Under the pieces are notes generated by a model, which ran no database searches, was not told where the DNA came from, and saw only the letters and a program-made list of their open reading frames with translations. Below, piece after piece: positions 62,907 to 64,000 of a DNA stretch of 64,000 nucleotides. Within the stretch, counting starts at the first letter, position 1. Each line of letters opens with the position of its first letter. A program made the position numbers and the translations under genes. Where the stretch lies: the sequence record MG655270.1; one strand, 5' to 3'.

Positions 62907-64000
62907 ATGTCCGCGATTAATGACTTTCTATTTACTGCGGGCATGGAGGGGTTTAACGACCCCTCCTCTATACCGCCCGTTGGTATAGTTGTGCCCTTTT
63001 TTGGTGTTGAAGAGTTCGCCGAAGCGGATGCTGAACAATCTGTACGTATGACAGAGATGAACCAGCAAGCCGAAGCAATTCAACGCCTGCAACAAACGCT
63101 GGTCTACATCAACGCTCACCGTCCGACCTTTGACCGTGAGAATGCTGCCGTCGTGCAGCAAGCACTGGGTGAAGTGCAGGTACTGATGCCCGACATGGAA
63201 GACCCGGTCACCATCATGGGGTCGCTGGAGCATTATACGCCGGCTTACACCAACCACCTGCTTGCGCACGGTATTGAAGGCATTGGTGATAAGATCCTGA
63301 GCGTGGTCAAGAAGATCATCGAACTCTTGAAGAAAGGTTATACCTTCTTGAGTAAAGCCATCCAGGCAAAGGGTGTGGTCTTCGGTAAACAGAAGCGCGA
63401 ACTCGATGACCTCAATGCGTGGTTTAAAGAGCAACGCAAAAGCAACGATAAGCCCGCTACCACCACCGGCAATGAACCTAAGGTTGTTACGGTCACTGCC
63501 CCGACCTATCTGTACACCGTCGACAGTAACAAACCGTTAGCGGCAGATCGTCTAGCAAGCGAAGTGGCAAAGTACAACAAATTCCTGCAGGCCTTCTCGG
63601 TTGATTTCATCCGGGCGCATATTACCCTGGGTGATCTCTATATTCGTGCACTGGGTAGTCTGGATATTGCCAGTACCAGTAACGAAGAGTTGTTCACCAA
63701 GATGTTTAAGGGTCAGTTTAAATACCAGGCCTCGGGTGCATCGCTGTACACCAAACGCAATGGCGAAATGTGTGATATCGAAACAGTTGGGTTGATTGGC
63801 GGGATTGGCTTTAAAGCCTCCATCGCGAATATCCTGGTCGCACCGCTTGAGATGACTGCAGACGGTTCTAACCAGCGTAAGTTCTTCAAGCAGATGAACG
63901 GGTTATACAACTACAGTTTTGTCTCCAAAATAAAAATGGATGGCAGTACGGTGGGCAATACCCCAATCTATGCTTGCAGTCTCGCTGACGCTGAGCGGTT
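62907..64000 (+). CDS. Inner head protein, third paralog; truncated by the window end and absent from the ORF track
   Basis: ATG 62907 after GGAG: MSAINDFLFTAGMEGF...GSLEH...HGIEGIGDKI. No stop seen in the stretches I translated, which run to 64000. Confidence 0.75.
   Translation, partial: MSAINDFLFTAGMEGFNDPSSIPPVGIVVPFFGVEEFAEADAEQSVRMTEMNQQAEAIQRLQQTLVYINAHRPTFDRENAAVVQQALGEVQVLMPDMEDPVTIMGSLEHYTPAYTNHLLAHGIEGIGDKILSVVKKIIELLKKGYTFLSKAIQAKGVVFGKQKRELDDLNAWFKEQRKSNDKPATTTGNEPKVVTVTAPTYLYTVDSNKPLAADRLASEVAKYNKFLQAFSVDFIRAHITLGDLYIRALGSLDIASTSNEELFTKMFKGQFKYQASGASLYTKRNGEMCDIETVGLIGGIGFKASIANILVAPLEMTADGSNQRKFFKQMNGLYNYSFVSKIKMDGSTVGNTPIYACSLADAER

Noticed and set aside
62928-63434. 168-aa minus-strand ORF
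   Set aside because: Antisense to the plus-strand head paralog starting at 62907, which the ORF track missed because it runs off the window.
1-64000. CRISPR array, tRNA/rRNA genes, IS elements or transposases
   Set aside because: No regularly spaced direct repeats, tRNA motifs or transposase motifs found by eye; a tRNAscan/CRISPR scan would confirm.

Overview
This window is the conserved core block of a nucleus-forming, phiKZ-related jumbo phage (Chimalliviridae), not a cellular genome. The assignment rests on sequence motifs and my recollection of phiKZ gene order; no database search was run. In order it holds: the 3' end of the nuclear-shell gene chmA; four non-virion RNA polymerase subunits (beta' N-half with NADFDGD, a sigma-like subunit, beta C-half, beta' C-half); an SbcD/Mre11 nuclease; probable ChmC and PicA/Imp1 genes; an SF2 helicase; a virion RNAP beta' subunit; the exonuclease half of a split family-B DNA polymerase; baseplate and tail genes; and a long run of head/inner-body proteins with prohead-protease [AGS]-x-E sites. 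Accessory islands lie at about 1.9-9.0, 24.7-32.4 and 37.8-46.7 kb. The host is probably an enterobacterium (Erwinia-phage-like; inference only). Best leads: (1) a U8 slippery site predicting a -1 frameshift fusion in a baseplate-hub/chaperone gene; (2) a recurrent GC hairpin + TTATGCCG element that replaces the usual U-tract, including at convergent junctions; (3) a Tad2/DUF2829 anti-defence sponge followed by four cryptic tandem paralogs; (4) three tandem HExxH paralogs, one catalytically degenerate; (5) a 33-bp phage promoter consensus; (6) a prion-like Q/M/P tail next to PicA and an SSB-tail mimic on ChmC. I found no tRNA, rRNA, CRISPR array, integrase or transposase.
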